From: Spirochaetaceae bacterium | Lineage (GTDB): Bacteria; Spirochaetota; Spirochaetia; DSM-2461 | Direction: 5' to 3' | Assembly (NCBI GenBank): GCA_965224705.1 | Contig: OZ245056.1 | Coordinates: 896,001-960,000, forward strand | DNA: 64,000 nucleotides | Shown: in pieces, positions 10,348 through 20,288 of the stretch | How positions within the stretch are numbered: the stretch's first letter is position 1 | Layout of the letters: each line of letters opens with the position of its first letter | Made by a program: the position numbers and the translations under genes | The notes under the pieces: generated by a model | Database searches by the model: none | Told to the model about the DNA's origin: nothing | The model's input: the letters and a program-made list of their open reading frames with translations, nothing else

Positions 10348-11079
10348 CTAAAGCTTCAGCCCGCCATCCACCTTTAAGACCTGCCCGGTGATGAATGAAG
10401 AGGCATCCGAAGCAAAGAACAGTGCGGCCGCAGCTATATCTTCGGGGGTACCCATCCGGCCAAGAGCCGTATTGCCCACCATTATATCCAGTACTTTCTG
10501 AGGAACTTTTTCCGTCATCGGAGTGGCAATGAATCCCGGAGCCAGGGCATTTACCCGAACCCGAGCTCCCTTGCGTGCAAATTCCCTGGCCCAGGTTTTC
10601 GTCATACCAATGACACCTGCTTTGGTGGCCGAATAATTTGTTTGACCGATGTTTCCGTCAACACCAACCACAGAAGCCATATTGATGATGGATCCCGATC
10701 CAGCTTCCGTCATCTTTGGACCGATGGCCCGGGTCATGTTGAATACACCCTTGAGATTGATGGAAACCACAAGGTCCCAATCCTCATCGCTGGTGTTTTG
10801 AATCAGACCATCCCGGGTGATTCCAGCATTGTTGACCAGAACATCAACCGCACCATCGGCGGTGAGTACTTCCTGAGTGAACTTTGCAATACCATCAACA
10901 TCCGTCACATCCAGAACACAGGGAACGATGTTCCCGGCAGTTCCCTTCAAAGCCTCGATATTGACATCACAGGCGTAGACTTTCCCTGCTCCGGCGGCAG
11001 AAAAACGATCAACGATTTCCCGGCCAATTCCCCGAGCTCCCCCGGTAACGATACAGATCTTTCCATTCAAATTCATCAC
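10348..11079 (-). CDS. fabG: 3-oxoacyl-ACP/acetoacetyl-CoA reductase (FabG/PhaB-like SDR)
   Basis: TGGARGIG, NNAGITRD and GNIGQTNYSATKAG motifs. Confidence 0.85.
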   Translation of the reverse strand: MMNLNGKICIVTGGARGIGREIVDRFSAAGAGKVYACDVNIEALKGTAGNIVPCVLDVTDVDGIAKFTQEVLTADGAVDVLVNNAGITRDGLIQNTSDEDWDLVVSINLKGVFNMTRAIGPKMTEAGSGSIINMASVVGVDGNIGQTNYSATKAGVIGMTKTWAREFARKGARVRVNALAPGFIATPMTEKVPQKVLDIMVGNTALGRMGTPEDIAAAALFFASDASSFITGQVLKVDGGLKL

Positions 11080-11100
11080 ATTCTCCTTAACTTCATATTT

Positions 11101-12117
11101 TCAACCCCATTGTACTGTTGCGGCGGCCCATACAAAACCCAATCCGGCACCCACCATTACAACGGTGTCTCCATTCTTTATTCTACCAGCTTTCAGCCCT
11201 TCTACCAGAGATATAACCTGATCGTTCTGACCGATATGTCCGTACATTTTGAGATAGGTTGTCTGGTCTTCCCTGAGTCTCAACTCCTTCATCACGAAAT
11301 CATGGGAGGACTTTTTGAAATGGAGGATGGCCAGATAATCGATATCCCCTCGATTCTTTCCCGCTGCAGCAAGGCTTTCATCAATTACTCCGAAGAAATT
11401 CGGCAGAGTGCATTCTCCCAGCTTGTTTTTAAATTCGACCGGATCGTCAATAGTAAAATACATTGCCTTTATATCTTCACTTTCCATTGGCCATTTCTTC
11501 GACCCTCCAACTTTGATGGTGCACAACCGGCTGAAGGAGCCATCCCCCCTGAAGGCCGTTCCCTGAATTACATTCCTCTCAAAACCCTTTTTCAGGAGCA
11601 GGGCGGCTCCTCCGGCCCCAATGTCGAACATGAAGCTCGTCTCAGGAACTTTGTAGTTGATAAGATCTCCGTTTCGGTAACCGCTCACCAGCAGAACGCA
11701 CCTGTATCCATCATTAACCAGCATCAGGGAACGGGCAATTTCCATTCCAGCCATCATGGAACCGCACATGGCCTCCATGTCGAAGGACCAGGCTTTTCTG
11801 GCTCCCAGTTCATCGGCAATGTTCAATCCTGCCAGCCAACAGGGATAGTCCTTATGCTGGGCTCCATTCCAGATGATGATGTCGATGTCCGCCGGATCCA
11901 CACCGGCCATATCAATGGCCTCTCTGGCCGCAGCCAGTCCCATGGATGCCGTGGTGTCATGGGGACCGGGGACGGGCTTCCTCTCCACACCGAACTTTTC
12001 CCGGATCACTTCCTCGGGGATTCCTGAATTTCTGGCGATCATGGAAGCATCCATGAAGGTGGAGGGAGTGTAAATTCCCCATCCGGCAATTCCAATATCT
12101 GTCGAAAAACTCATCAT
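11101..12117 (-). CDS. 3-oxoacyl-ACP synthase III-like condensing enzyme
   Basis: FDMEAMCGS catalytic Cys; ILHF; YGHIG; GAGLGFVW C-terminus typical of the FabH fold. Confidence 0.85.
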   Translation of the reverse strand: MMSFSTDIGIAGWGIYTPSTFMDASMIARNSGIPEEVIREKFGVERKPVPGPHDTTASMGLAAAREAIDMAGVDPADIDIIIWNGAQHKDYPCWLAGLNIADELGARKAWSFDMEAMCGSMMAGMEIARSLMLVNDGYRCVLLVSGYRNGDLINYKVPETSFMFDIGAGGAALLLKKGFERNVIQGTAFRGDGSFSRLCTIKVGGSKKWPMESEDIKAMYFTIDDPVEFKNKLGECTLPNFFGVIDESLAAAGKNRGDIDYLAILHFKKSSHDFVMKELRLREDQTTYLKMYGHIGQNDQVISLVEGLKAGRIKNGDTVVMVGAGLGFVWAAATVQWG

Positions 12118-12818
12118 TACAACCCCAGATAGACCTTTACGATATGGGGGTTAACTTTCAATTCTTCGGCACTGCCGGCAATGGCAATTTCACCATTTTC
12201 AAGTACATATCCCCGATCCACCGCTCTGAGGGATTCCCGGACATTCTGTTCGGTTACCAGAATGGCGATGTCATTTTTCATTTCTCTCAGGATACCGAAA
12301 AGCTCATCAACAATGCTTGGCTGAAGGCCAAGGGAAGGTTCATCCAGAATCAGAAGTTTCGGATCCGCCATCAAAGCCCTCCCAATGGCCAACTGTCTTT
12401 GTTGACCTCCGCTCATGGTTCCTGCCAGTTGGGATTGTCTCTCTTTCAGAATTGGAAAGGAAAGGAACACGGACTCCATCCGTTCCTCCATTCCCTCGGC
12501 CTTGCCGGGAATGTACAGACAGCCCATTTCCAGGTTGTTCCGGACCGTCATTCGGGGAAAAAGCTCCCTCTCCTGGGGCACCAGGGCAATTCCCATCCGT
12601 GCGGTTTCGTGGGGTTCTATTCCAGTGATGTTCCTTCCGCCGAAGCTGATGGTTCCAGCGGTTGGCTTGATGAAACCCATCAGGGCATTGATGAGCGTTG
12701 TTTTGCCTGCTCCGTTGGGACCGAAGAGACCGACTGATTCATTCCCGACACTCAGACTCAAGTTGCGAACGACTTGAATATGTCCGTAGGAGCAGTTCAA
12801 TCCGTCTATCTTCAGCAT
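12117..12818 (-). CDS. Branched-chain amino acid-type ABC ATPase (LivF-like)
   Basis: GPNGAGKTT, AGTMSGGQQ and LDEPSLGL motifs. Confidence 0.9.
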   Translation of the reverse strand: MLKIDGLNCSYGHIQVVRNLSLSVGNESVGLFGPNGAGKTTLINALMGFIKPTAGTISFGGRNITGIEPHETARMGIALVPQERELFPRMTVRNNLEMGCLYIPGKAEGMEERMESVFLSFPILKERQSQLAGTMSGGQQRQLAIGRALMADPKLLILDEPSLGLQPSIVDELFGILREMKNDIAILVTEQNVRESLRAVDRGYVLENGEIAIAGSAEELKVNPHIVKVYLGL

Positions 12819-13537
12819 CAGGTTTCCTTTCCAAGGTAGGCATCAATAACCTGCCTGTTTTTAGCCACTTCTTCATAGGCTCCCCGGGCAATGACTGTCC
12901 CGGCATCCAGAACTATAACATTGTGGGTCAGTTCCTTTATGACACCCATCACATGTTCAACCACTCCAATTCCAAGGTTTTGTCTGGAAGCAACGTCCTT
13001 GATGAAATCAATCAGTGCCAGAGATTCCTCACTGGTGAGTCCGGCCATCACCTCATCCAGAAAGAGAATGGTTGGCTCGGTGGACAGGGCCTGGGCAATT
13101 TCCATCTTTTTCACTTCAAGGACCGTCAATTCGTCCACAGGTCTTTCCAGGTCGTCCAGACCAAGACTGGCACAGAGATTTTCCGCCTTGACCCGGGCCT
13201 CCTTCTTCCCTGCCCCCCTGGCAAAGAGATAACCTACCATCACATTCTCTATGAGATTCAGATTTTCAAGAGGATGAATGATCTGGAAGGTTCGGCCCAA
13301 TCCCAGGCGGCTTCGTTCGTAGGAAGGCAGGGAGGTGATGTTCCTGTCATCCAGTTCCACAGTACCGCTCGTTGGTAGATATACCCCGGATATGAGGTGG
13401 ATGAGGGTCGTTTTCCCAGCACCATTGGGGCCGATGATACCGGTAATCTGGCCGGGTTTCAGATGAAAGTCCACATTGTCGACAGCAGTCAAACCGCCGA
13501 ATTTCCTGGTCAGTCCAGTTGTTTTCAGTCCTTTCAT
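12818..13537 (-). CDS. Branched-chain amino acid-type ABC ATPase (LivG-like)
   Basis: FGGLTAV, GPNGAGKTT, RTFQ and VIDAYLG motifs. Confidence 0.9.
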   Translation of the reverse strand: MKGLKTTGLTRKFGGLTAVDNVDFHLKPGQITGIIGPNGAGKTTLIHLISGVYLPTSGTVELDDRNITSLPSYERSRLGLGRTFQIIHPLENLNLIENVMVGYLFARGAGKKEARVKAENLCASLGLDDLERPVDELTVLEVKKMEIAQALSTEPTILFLDEVMAGLTSEESLALIDFIKDVASRQNLGIGVVEHVMGVIKELTHNVIVLDAGTVIARGAYEEVAKNRQVIDAYLGKET

Positions 13538-14502
13538 ACAGCAGACTCTGCTTCCAGGGGATCTTTTCTGCTTCGGCGGCGGCCCGATGCGATTTCAGCC
13601 GACAGACCGACGATTCCCCGGGGCATGTAGAGGATTACCAGAATGATGATTATGCCGTAAACAATGAGATGCCCATAGGGAATGATGAGTTTCAGGTATT
13701 CAGCAATGAACCCGAGAATCAGAGAACCAACTACGGGCCCCCATGTCCCATAGATCCCCCCAAGTAGGGCCATGGCCAGGGGCAACAGGGTAAAATCACT
13801 TGAGAAGCTGTTATCCGGGGTAACGAAACCATAGATCTGGGCGTATACGGCACCAGCCATGCCCATGAGGGCGGAACTGATAGTGAACACCCGATTCAAT
13901 GTACCAGGAACATTGATGCCCCGGCTCATGGCTACAATCTCGTTGTTTCGTATTGCCGTCATGGCAAAGTGAAGCCGACCTTTTTCAACGTACTGGGAAA
14001 CGGAGATCACCAGGAAGACAAGTCCCAATGTGAGCAGGTAGGATGGCCAGGGTTCTCCTTCGAAGATGACTGAGGAGAGAAGTTTTCCCTCCGGTCCACC
14101 GGTAAAGCTCTTCCAGTTTCGAATGATTATTCTGAATATTTCCCCCAATGCCAGGGTTGCAATGGCGAAGTACATCCCCCGGAGTTTGAGAATGATCCTT
14201 CCAATAAGGAAGGCTGTCATACCCGTAACAATCCCTGCGAATAAGATGCTTGTCAGTCCGTTCATTTGAAGAGAGACGGATGAAAGAACGGACGCATAGG
14301 CTCCCAGTCCAAAAAATCCAGCCAGACCAAAGGACAGTTGTCCCGAACGAAGCAGGATGTCCCAGCTCAATGCCAGTGCCAGGTAGATGAAGACTGTCCG
14401 GATGATGGACTGGGGATAGGCTCCCGCATAAAGAGGAAAGAGAATGGCGGCCAGTAGTATCAGGAGCAGGCAGGCCCATTTGACTACCGATGTATTTCTC
14501 AT
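13534..14502 (-). CDS. Branched-chain amino acid-type ABC permease (LivM-like)
   Basis: LRGMYFAIATLA and FTGGPEG motifs; multiple TM segments. Confidence 0.9.
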   Translation of the reverse strand: MRNTSVVKWACLLLILLAAILFPLYAGAYPQSIIRTVFIYLALALSWDILLRSGQLSFGLAGFFGLGAYASVLSSVSLQMNGLTSILFAGIVTGMTAFLIGRIILKLRGMYFAIATLALGEIFRIIIRNWKSFTGGPEGKLLSSVIFEGEPWPSYLLTLGLVFLVISVSQYVEKGRLHFAMTAIRNNEIVAMSRGINVPGTLNRVFTISSALMGMAGAVYAQIYGFVTPDNSFSSDFTLLPLAMALLGGIYGTWGPVVGSLILGFIAEYLKLIIPYGHLIVYGIIIILVILYMPRGIVGLSAEIASGRRRSRKDPLEAESAV

Positions 14503-15419
14503 GCTCGATCTCTCTGATAGGACCGGAAGAGAATCACTCCGATGATGATGGCAAAGAAAACAATATGGCTCCAGTTGCCATACCCCTTGAAGGATGATAT
14601 GAATGCCTCGGCTATACCCAGGCCCAGGGCCGCAAAGAGGATGGCCGGGAGATTGCCTATCCCTGCCATGGCCACAAGGGCGAAGCTTTTCATTGTAAAG
14701 GGGCCTCCTACACCGGGGAAAATTGACTGCTTGGTCAGGAAGAATCCTCCAACGAAACCCACCAGTGCGGCAGAAATACCAAAAACCAGCATGTAGGTGC
14801 GATTCACATTGATTCCCATAAGCTGGGCCCCGATGGGATTCTGACCCGTAGCTACCGCAGCCCGGCCGATTTTTGTTCTCTTCAGAAACCAGAGAAGTCC
14901 CAGAAGTATGACCGCTGCCAGAGCAACGAAGATGAAGTCATACGTTCCGAAATACTCCTCTCCAATCCGGGCCGATGCCGTAACATAATCCAGACTGAGC
15001 TTTCGCGGCTGGCTGGTGGCGATCAGGTTTATTCCCTGTATCAAAACAATGGCAATACCGAAGGTAAGAATAAGCTGATTGAGTTCCGGAGCCTTCAGGG
15101 TGCGGCTGATTGTTAACTTGAAGATCAGTACCCCCACAACGAAAAGAACCAGGGAGGCCGGAATCGCGGCCAGCAGGGGATCCATACCCAGTTGGGAGGC
15201 CAGAAAATAGGTAAGATAGCATGAAACCATCATGAATTCCCCATGGGCCAGATTGACGATGTGGACAATCCCAAGAACCAGACCCATGGGGATGGCAATG
15301 GAGGCATAGAGCCCCGCCCTCTGTGTTCCATAGATGATAACGGTGGGTTTCCACATATAGAGCAGTATCAGCAGGATCAGGGCAATGGCTCCCCCGGTAA
15401 ACATCATCCATCTTTTCAT
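14499..15419 (-). CDS. Branched-chain amino acid-type ABC permease (LivH-like)
   Basis: VNLAHGEF and AQLMGIN motifs; multiple TM segments. Confidence 0.9.
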   Translation of the reverse strand: MKRWMMFTGGAIALILLILLYMWKPTVIIYGTQRAGLYASIAIPMGLVLGIVHIVNLAHGEFMMVSCYLTYFLASQLGMDPLLAAIPASLVLFVVGVLIFKLTISRTLKAPELNQLILTFGIAIVLIQGINLIATSQPRKLSLDYVTASARIGEEYFGTYDFIFVALAAVILLGLLWFLKRTKIGRAAVATGQNPIGAQLMGINVNRTYMLVFGISAALVGFVGGFFLTKQSIFPGVGGPFTMKSFALVAMAGIGNLPAILFAALGLGIAEAFISSFKGYGNWSHIVFFAIIIGVILFRSYQRDRA

Positions 15420-15443
15420 ATCAACTCACTCTTTGAGTACAAA

Positions 15444-15463
15444 GGGCGGGCATTGTCCCGCCC
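15444..15463 (-). terminator. Stem-loop after the substrate-binding protein gene (mRNA stabiliser or attenuator)
   Basis: GGGCGGGCA-TT-GTCCCGCCC inverted repeat in the SBP-permease spacer. Confidence 0.5.
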
Positions 15464-15476
15464 GAATCAAATTCGA

Positions 15477-16697
15477 TCAGCGCTGTTTCCAGTCCGGAAA
15501 TGGATGAATGGGTTCGGCCGTCTGGTATTCAAATGGCCAGATGACTTCCTGTTGGCCATTCTGCCACTGAAGGATTTTCTGACCACGGATGCCCTGATGC
15601 TGGATGATTCTGGAAGGAGAAAAGGTGATAGTTTCTCCCAGAGGAGAATCGTATTCCATGGCTTCCATCGCAGTAATGAGGGCCTCGGTTTCCAGAGTAC
15701 CGGCGGCTTCAATGGCCTGGGCAACTATGTAAACCGCAGAATAACCCAGAGGGGCAAAATAGGTTGCGGGATTGCTTCCGTATGCGGCAATATAGGCGGC
15801 AGAAAAAGCTTTGCTCACATCAGAAACTTCGTTGAGTGAGGGAGCCCACATACCGTAGAGGGTAACACCGTCTGCCAGATCAGAGTCTCCGAAATCAGCC
15901 GGCCATCCTGGAGGGGCACCAACGAAAAGAGGTGGAGCAAAATCCATAGCCTTGGCCTGTTCCATAATGGGCAGGGCGTCTGCACCGTATCCAGCCCAGA
16001 GAAAGATATCCGGGTTGGCAGCCTTGGCGGATTCAAGAACAGCAGTATAGTCACCACCACCGCCGCTGGCAGAGGTGAATGAATCTCCATCAAAGGTTCC
16101 AATACCCGAATAAAGCTCTTTGGATGCGTCAAAGGAGGCAGAACCAAAGGGGCCATCTTCGTATGCCATAAACCATTTCTCGGTTTTTATATAGCTGTAT
16201 TTCTCTCCCAGAGCCTTCCATCCATCCACGTAACTCTGACCCTGGTTGTAGTCCCAGGGATGAAGGTGGAAGTACCAGGGGGCATCGGATCCGACAGCTT
16301 CTTCAGCCTTATGGCTGGCAGCACCGGTCCACAGGGTGAGTTTTTTGTACTTCTTCAAGGTGGGGATCTGCCCGAGGTGAACCCCGGAAGCCATTCCACC
16401 GATGAAAACATCAACCTGGTCAACAGTCGCAAGGCGTTCAAGGGCGGCAGCACCCTTGTCAGGTTTGAATTCACTGTCTATTACAATGAGTTCCAGCGGG
16501 CGTCCCAAAATGCCGCCGGCAGCATTGATCTCCTCAACGGCCATCTCAGCTGCTTTGGTAGCCTGTTCGCCGGTAATATCGGCCAGGGGCCAGACGCCTC
16601 CGAGCTTAATAGGATCATCCATGTTTTCCTGATTTCCTTTTGCCATCAGCATGGAGGCTGATACCAATAGAACGATAAATGGTAGTAAGCGCTTCAT
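15477..16697 (-). CDS. ABC substrate-binding protein (LivJ/LivK periplasmic-binding family)
   Basis: Signal peptide of the spirochaetal AKGNQE type; AVEEINAAGGILGRPLEL motif; AAGGAG SD. Confidence 0.9.
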   Translation of the reverse strand: MKRLLPFIVLLVSASMLMAKGNQENMDDPIKLGGVWPLADITGEQATKAAEMAVEEINAAGGILGRPLELIVIDSEFKPDKGAAALERLATVDQVDVFIGGMASGVHLGQIPTLKKYKKLTLWTGAASHKAEEAVGSDAPWYFHLHPWDYNQGQSYVDGWKALGEKYSYIKTEKWFMAYEDGPFGSASFDASKELYSGIGTFDGDSFTSASGGGGDYTAVLESAKAANPDIFLWAGYGADALPIMEQAKAMDFAPPLFVGAPPGWPADFGDSDLADGVTLYGMWAPSLNEVSDVSKAFSAAYIAAYGSNPATYFAPLGYSAVYIVAQAIEAAGTLETEALITAMEAMEYDSPLGETITFSPSRIIQHQGIRGQKILQWQNGQQEVIWPFEYQTAEPIHPFPDWKQR

Positions 16698-16820
16698 TTA
16701 CTTCTCCTTATAAAGACCACAGGTCTGTTTCCGTGTTTGTGGTCCTGCCGGAATCTCCGGCCTTGTCGGCATTCCATGCTGCCGCTCGCATCCTTCTGTT
16801 CCCCGTCCATCCAATAAAAG

Positions 16821-16869
16821 TGATGGGTGAATCATCTCTCAATTATACTGTGCCGTAGAGCTGCGTCAA
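16821..16869 (-). promoter_or_regulatory. Sigma70 promoter (TTGACG-16-TATAAT) with an adjacent imperfect palindrome, putative TetR operator
   Basis: -35 at 16869-16864 and -10 at 16847-16842 on the minus strand; TGATGGGTGA-A-TCATCTCTCA at 16821-16841. Confidence 0.6.
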
Positions 16870-17024
16870 GTGAGGCAGGTGTGGAATTTCCAAAAAATAC
16901 TGACCCTGGATGGAAACAAAAACAGGGTATTTTCATCGGGAATCGGAGTCAGGCCGCTTCAGGAAAACTGTATCTTCCAGGGCAGGAGTTGAACAGGAGG
17001 GGTCCCTGAAGAGTCATGCTTCGC

Positions 17025-18890
17025 TTATGAACCCAATGCCCTGGCCGTTACTCTGTTGACTCTGGAGGCAAAACCCACCGGATCTTTCAGAACAACTCCT
17101 TCGACCAGAAGTGCTTCCTCATAAAGAAGATGGGCAATATCATCACTCAACTCCTTATCCGGGGTATCACCGATACCCTTCACTACAGGATGATTGGGGT
17201 TTATTTCAAGGATGAACGTAGCCTCGGGAATATCCGTCTGACCCATGGACTTGAGCATCTGCCTCATGTGTGCGGTAGGGTCTCCATCGTCGGTAACCAG
17301 GCAACTCGGTGCATCTGTGAGACGTGGAGAAGAAATCACATCTTTCACTGAATCGCCAAGAACTTTTTTGATCTTATCGATGATGGGCCGGGCATCTTTT
17401 TCTTTTTTCTTATCCTCATCTGTTTTAAGTTCATCCAGGGCCCCGGATCGGTTAATTGCTTTAAATTCTTTTTCCTCAAGCGGCCCTATCGCCGGCGTAA
17501 CAATTTCATCGACCTCATCATCCATGATAAGAACTTCATAACCCTTATCTTTGTAGGCTGTGAGTAATGGCGATTTTCTCAAAGAGGCCTCGTTTTCACC
17601 TGTTAAGAAATAAATCGATTTCTGGCTTTCCGGCATTCGCGCCTTATAGGCCGCCAGACTTGTCCACCCTTCAACCGCAGTAGATTTGTACCGTACAAGT
17701 TCAAGAAGATCATCCCGGTGTGCCCAGTCCGAATACAGGCCTTCCTTCAGGGGTCTGTTATACTGGGCAATGAAGTCGGCATAAGTTTCCTCGTTTTCTG
17801 AGAGCTTCTTGAACTCTGAGAGGAGTTTTTTTACCGAAGACTCACGGATTTTATTCATAATCTTATTCTGTTGAAGGATTTCCCGGCTGACGTTCAGAGG
17901 CAAATCTTCAGAGTCAATAATACCCCGAATGAAACGCAGCCACACCGGCATGAGCTCTTTTTCGTCATCAGTGATGAATACACGTTTAACATACAGCTTC
18001 ACACCGGGCCGATAGTTGGCCTGATACATATCAGAGGGAGCCGTTTTGGGAATGAAAAACAAGGTTGTGTACTCCAGAGTCCCTTCGGCACTTGTATGAA
18101 TTTTAAGCATGGGATCCTCGGTATCATGTCCTATGGTTTTATAGAATTCATTATACTCTTCATCCTTGATGTCATTCTTGGAACGCTTCCAGAGGGCACT
18201 GGCCGCATTGACCTGTTCATCTTTCATCTCTGTTTTTTTCTTGTCATCACTGACTGTTGTTTCTTCCCAGTGGAGATGAATCGGGAAAACTATGTGGTCT
18301 GAGTATTTCTTAATGATGTTTCGTATCTGCCATTGAGATTTGAACTCTTTTCCTGTCTCGTTGAAGTGAAGTATAACCGTAGTACCCTGATTCGCACGCT
18401 CGGATTCTTCCACCGAATAGCCGGATTTCCCATCGCTTACCCATTTCCAGGAATGTTCCTCACCGGCCCTGCGGGAGATGACTTCCACTTCATCGGCCAC
18501 CATGAAGCAGGAATAAAAACCAACTCCGAATTTACCGATGAGGTTTGAATCCTTTTTTGCATCGCCGGAAAGAGTTTCCAGGAAGCTCTTTGTACCGGAA
18601 CGGGCTATGGTTCCCAGTGAATCGGCAAGGTCATCTTTGTCCATACCAATGCCATTATCCTCAATAACCAGTGTATTCTCACCGGCACCATTGATCCGGA
18701 TATGAATACATGGTTCGAATTTGAGCTGTTTCAAATCTTCATCGGTCAAAGAAAGATACTTCAACTTGTCTAATGCATCTGAAGAATTGGAAATGAGTTC
18801 TCTCAGAAATATTTCACTGTGAGAATAAAGGGAATGTACGAGAAGGTTGAGAAGCTGACTCACCTCTGTCTTGAATTTTTTCCTGGCCAT
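17025..18890 (-). CDS. htpG: Molecular chaperone HtpG (Hsp90)
   Basis: SLYSHSEIFLRELISNSSDA, IGKFGVGFYS and DLPLNVSREILQ motifs. Confidence 0.97.
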   Translation of the reverse strand: MARKKFKTEVSQLLNLLVHSLYSHSEIFLRELISNSSDALDKLKYLSLTDEDLKQLKFEPCIHIRINGAGENTLVIEDNGIGMDKDDLADSLGTIARSGTKSFLETLSGDAKKDSNLIGKFGVGFYSCFMVADEVEVISRRAGEEHSWKWVSDGKSGYSVEESERANQGTTVILHFNETGKEFKSQWQIRNIIKKYSDHIVFPIHLHWEETTVSDDKKKTEMKDEQVNAASALWKRSKNDIKDEEYNEFYKTIGHDTEDPMLKIHTSAEGTLEYTTLFFIPKTAPSDMYQANYRPGVKLYVKRVFITDDEKELMPVWLRFIRGIIDSEDLPLNVSREILQQNKIMNKIRESSVKKLLSEFKKLSENEETYADFIAQYNRPLKEGLYSDWAHRDDLLELVRYKSTAVEGWTSLAAYKARMPESQKSIYFLTGENEASLRKSPLLTAYKDKGYEVLIMDDEVDEIVTPAIGPLEEKEFKAINRSGALDELKTDEDKKKEKDARPIIDKIKKVLGDSVKDVISSPRLTDAPSCLVTDDGDPTAHMRQMLKSMGQTDIPEATFILEINPNHPVVKGIGDTPDKELSDDIAHLLYEEALLVEGVVLKDPVGFASRVNRVTARALGS

Positions 18891-19013
18891 TTGTACCTCT
18901 AAATCTTATCTTTCGGAAAGTAAGATACCAAAGGTTGAAGATGGCTGGCAAGTCTTTTTTTATTTTAGTGACTCAGAGTCCTTGCAAACATTGTAAACGT
19001 GGTATTAGGATGA

Positions 19014-20288
19014 TTGCATGGTCGATCAACTACTTTTCTGATGATTATCTGGCCCGCCGTATCACTTGCCGTACTCCTGCTTCTATCCAGCCTGTTTTCA
19101 TCACTGGAAACAGCCTACACATCACTATCCCAGTGGCAGATCAATGCACTGGCAGAAAACTATGGACGCCGGGGATTGATGGTCAAAAAACTCACTGAAA
19201 GGCCGGAAATTCTTCTAACAACTTTGCTCATTGGAAACAACCTGGCAAATCTGGGAGCTTCAGCCCTTACCACAGCGATTACGATTGAATTCATCGGAAA
19301 CACCTTTGTTGCGGTTACAACGGGCGTTCTCACGTTCATTGTCCTTGTTTTCTGTGAAGTATCACCAAAACAAATTGCCCTTGCGATTAATGAGAAACTG
19401 TGTCTGAGAAGTGCCGGAAGCATAATAATTCTTGCCTGGCTTCTCAGGCCAATCATCTGGCTTATTGGAGCCATCAGCCGAAGCATTACCCATTTGTTTG
19501 CTGGTCAAGCCAGGAAATCCCTCTCCCTGGAGATGCTGCTGCACCATGTGAAGGCTGCCGGGCATGAGGGAATTGTAGAATCGTATGAAGAAAAAATGGT
19601 TCGCAACGTGTTCAGGATTAATGATACACCTGTAGAAGCCATCATGACTCATCGGACCGATCTCTTCACTGTCAATGAAGAAACCAGTGTTGAACAAGCT
19701 CTGGATGGATTCATGAAAACCGGTTATTCCCATGCACCTGTGCTGAGAGGTGATTCAGAACATGTTTCCGGTATTGTATCCTTTACCGATGCAGCCGCAG
19801 CTGTCAAAAATAACCCGAGCAGTTCCGTTAAGCACATAGCATCTCCACCCAAACTTGTTCCGGGAACCATGAAGGCTCATGAGTTTTTCTTCCAGTTGAA
19901 AAAGGAATCTGTTCACCTAGCTGTTGTTCTTGATGAATACGGAGGCCTGGACGGGGTTGTTACCCGTGAAGATGTGATTGAAGAAATCTTTGGAGACCTG
20001 TATGACGAGGGGGAAACCCATGCCGCCGACCCCATCAGCACGGACGGAGATGGGTACTGGATCATCCAGGGAGATACCGATTTTTACGATATCAGCGATG
20101 TACTCGGGCTGGAACTGGAACATGACAGCCGTACTCACACCCTGGGGGGGTACCTGCTTGAAAAACTCGGTAAAATACCGGAGCCGGGCACGGTAATTGA
20201 GTTGCCTGAGGGACGCTATGATATTCTTAAGACATTTAGAAACCGCATCTCTTCCGTCCGTTTTCAACCAAAACAGACGAGCATCTGA
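19014..20288 (+). CDS. HlyC/CorC (CNNM) family protein: DUF21 TM domain, CBS pair, CorC domain
   Basis: FSSLETA, LLIGNNLAN, EVSPKQIA and VLDEYGGLDGVVTREDVIEEIFG motifs; true start may be slightly downstream. Confidence 0.9.
   Translation: MHGRSTTFLMIIWPAVSLAVLLLLSSLFSSLETAYTSLSQWQINALAENYGRRGLMVKKLTERPEILLTTLLIGNNLANLGASALTTAITIEFIGNTFVAVTTGVLTFIVLVFCEVSPKQIALAINEKLCLRSAGSIIILAWLLRPIIWLIGAISRSITHLFAGQARKSLSLEMLLHHVKAAGHEGIVESYEEKMVRNVFRINDTPVEAIMTHRTDLFTVNEETSVEQALDGFMKTGYSHAPVLRGDSEHVSGIVSFTDAAAAVKNNPSSSVKHIASPPKLVPGTMKAHEFFFQLKKESVHLAVVLDEYGGLDGVVTREDVIEEIFGDLYDEGETHAADPISTDGDGYWIIQGDTDFYDISDVLGLELEHDSRTHTLGGYLLEKLGKIPEPGTVIELPEGRYDILKTFRNRISSVRFQPKQTSI

Noticed and set aside
8944..12027. 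Long plus-strand ORFs 8944-10377 (477 aa) and 10642-12027 (461 aa)
   Set aside because: They are antisense to well-supported genes, have no motifs and have atypical composition; shadow ORFs.
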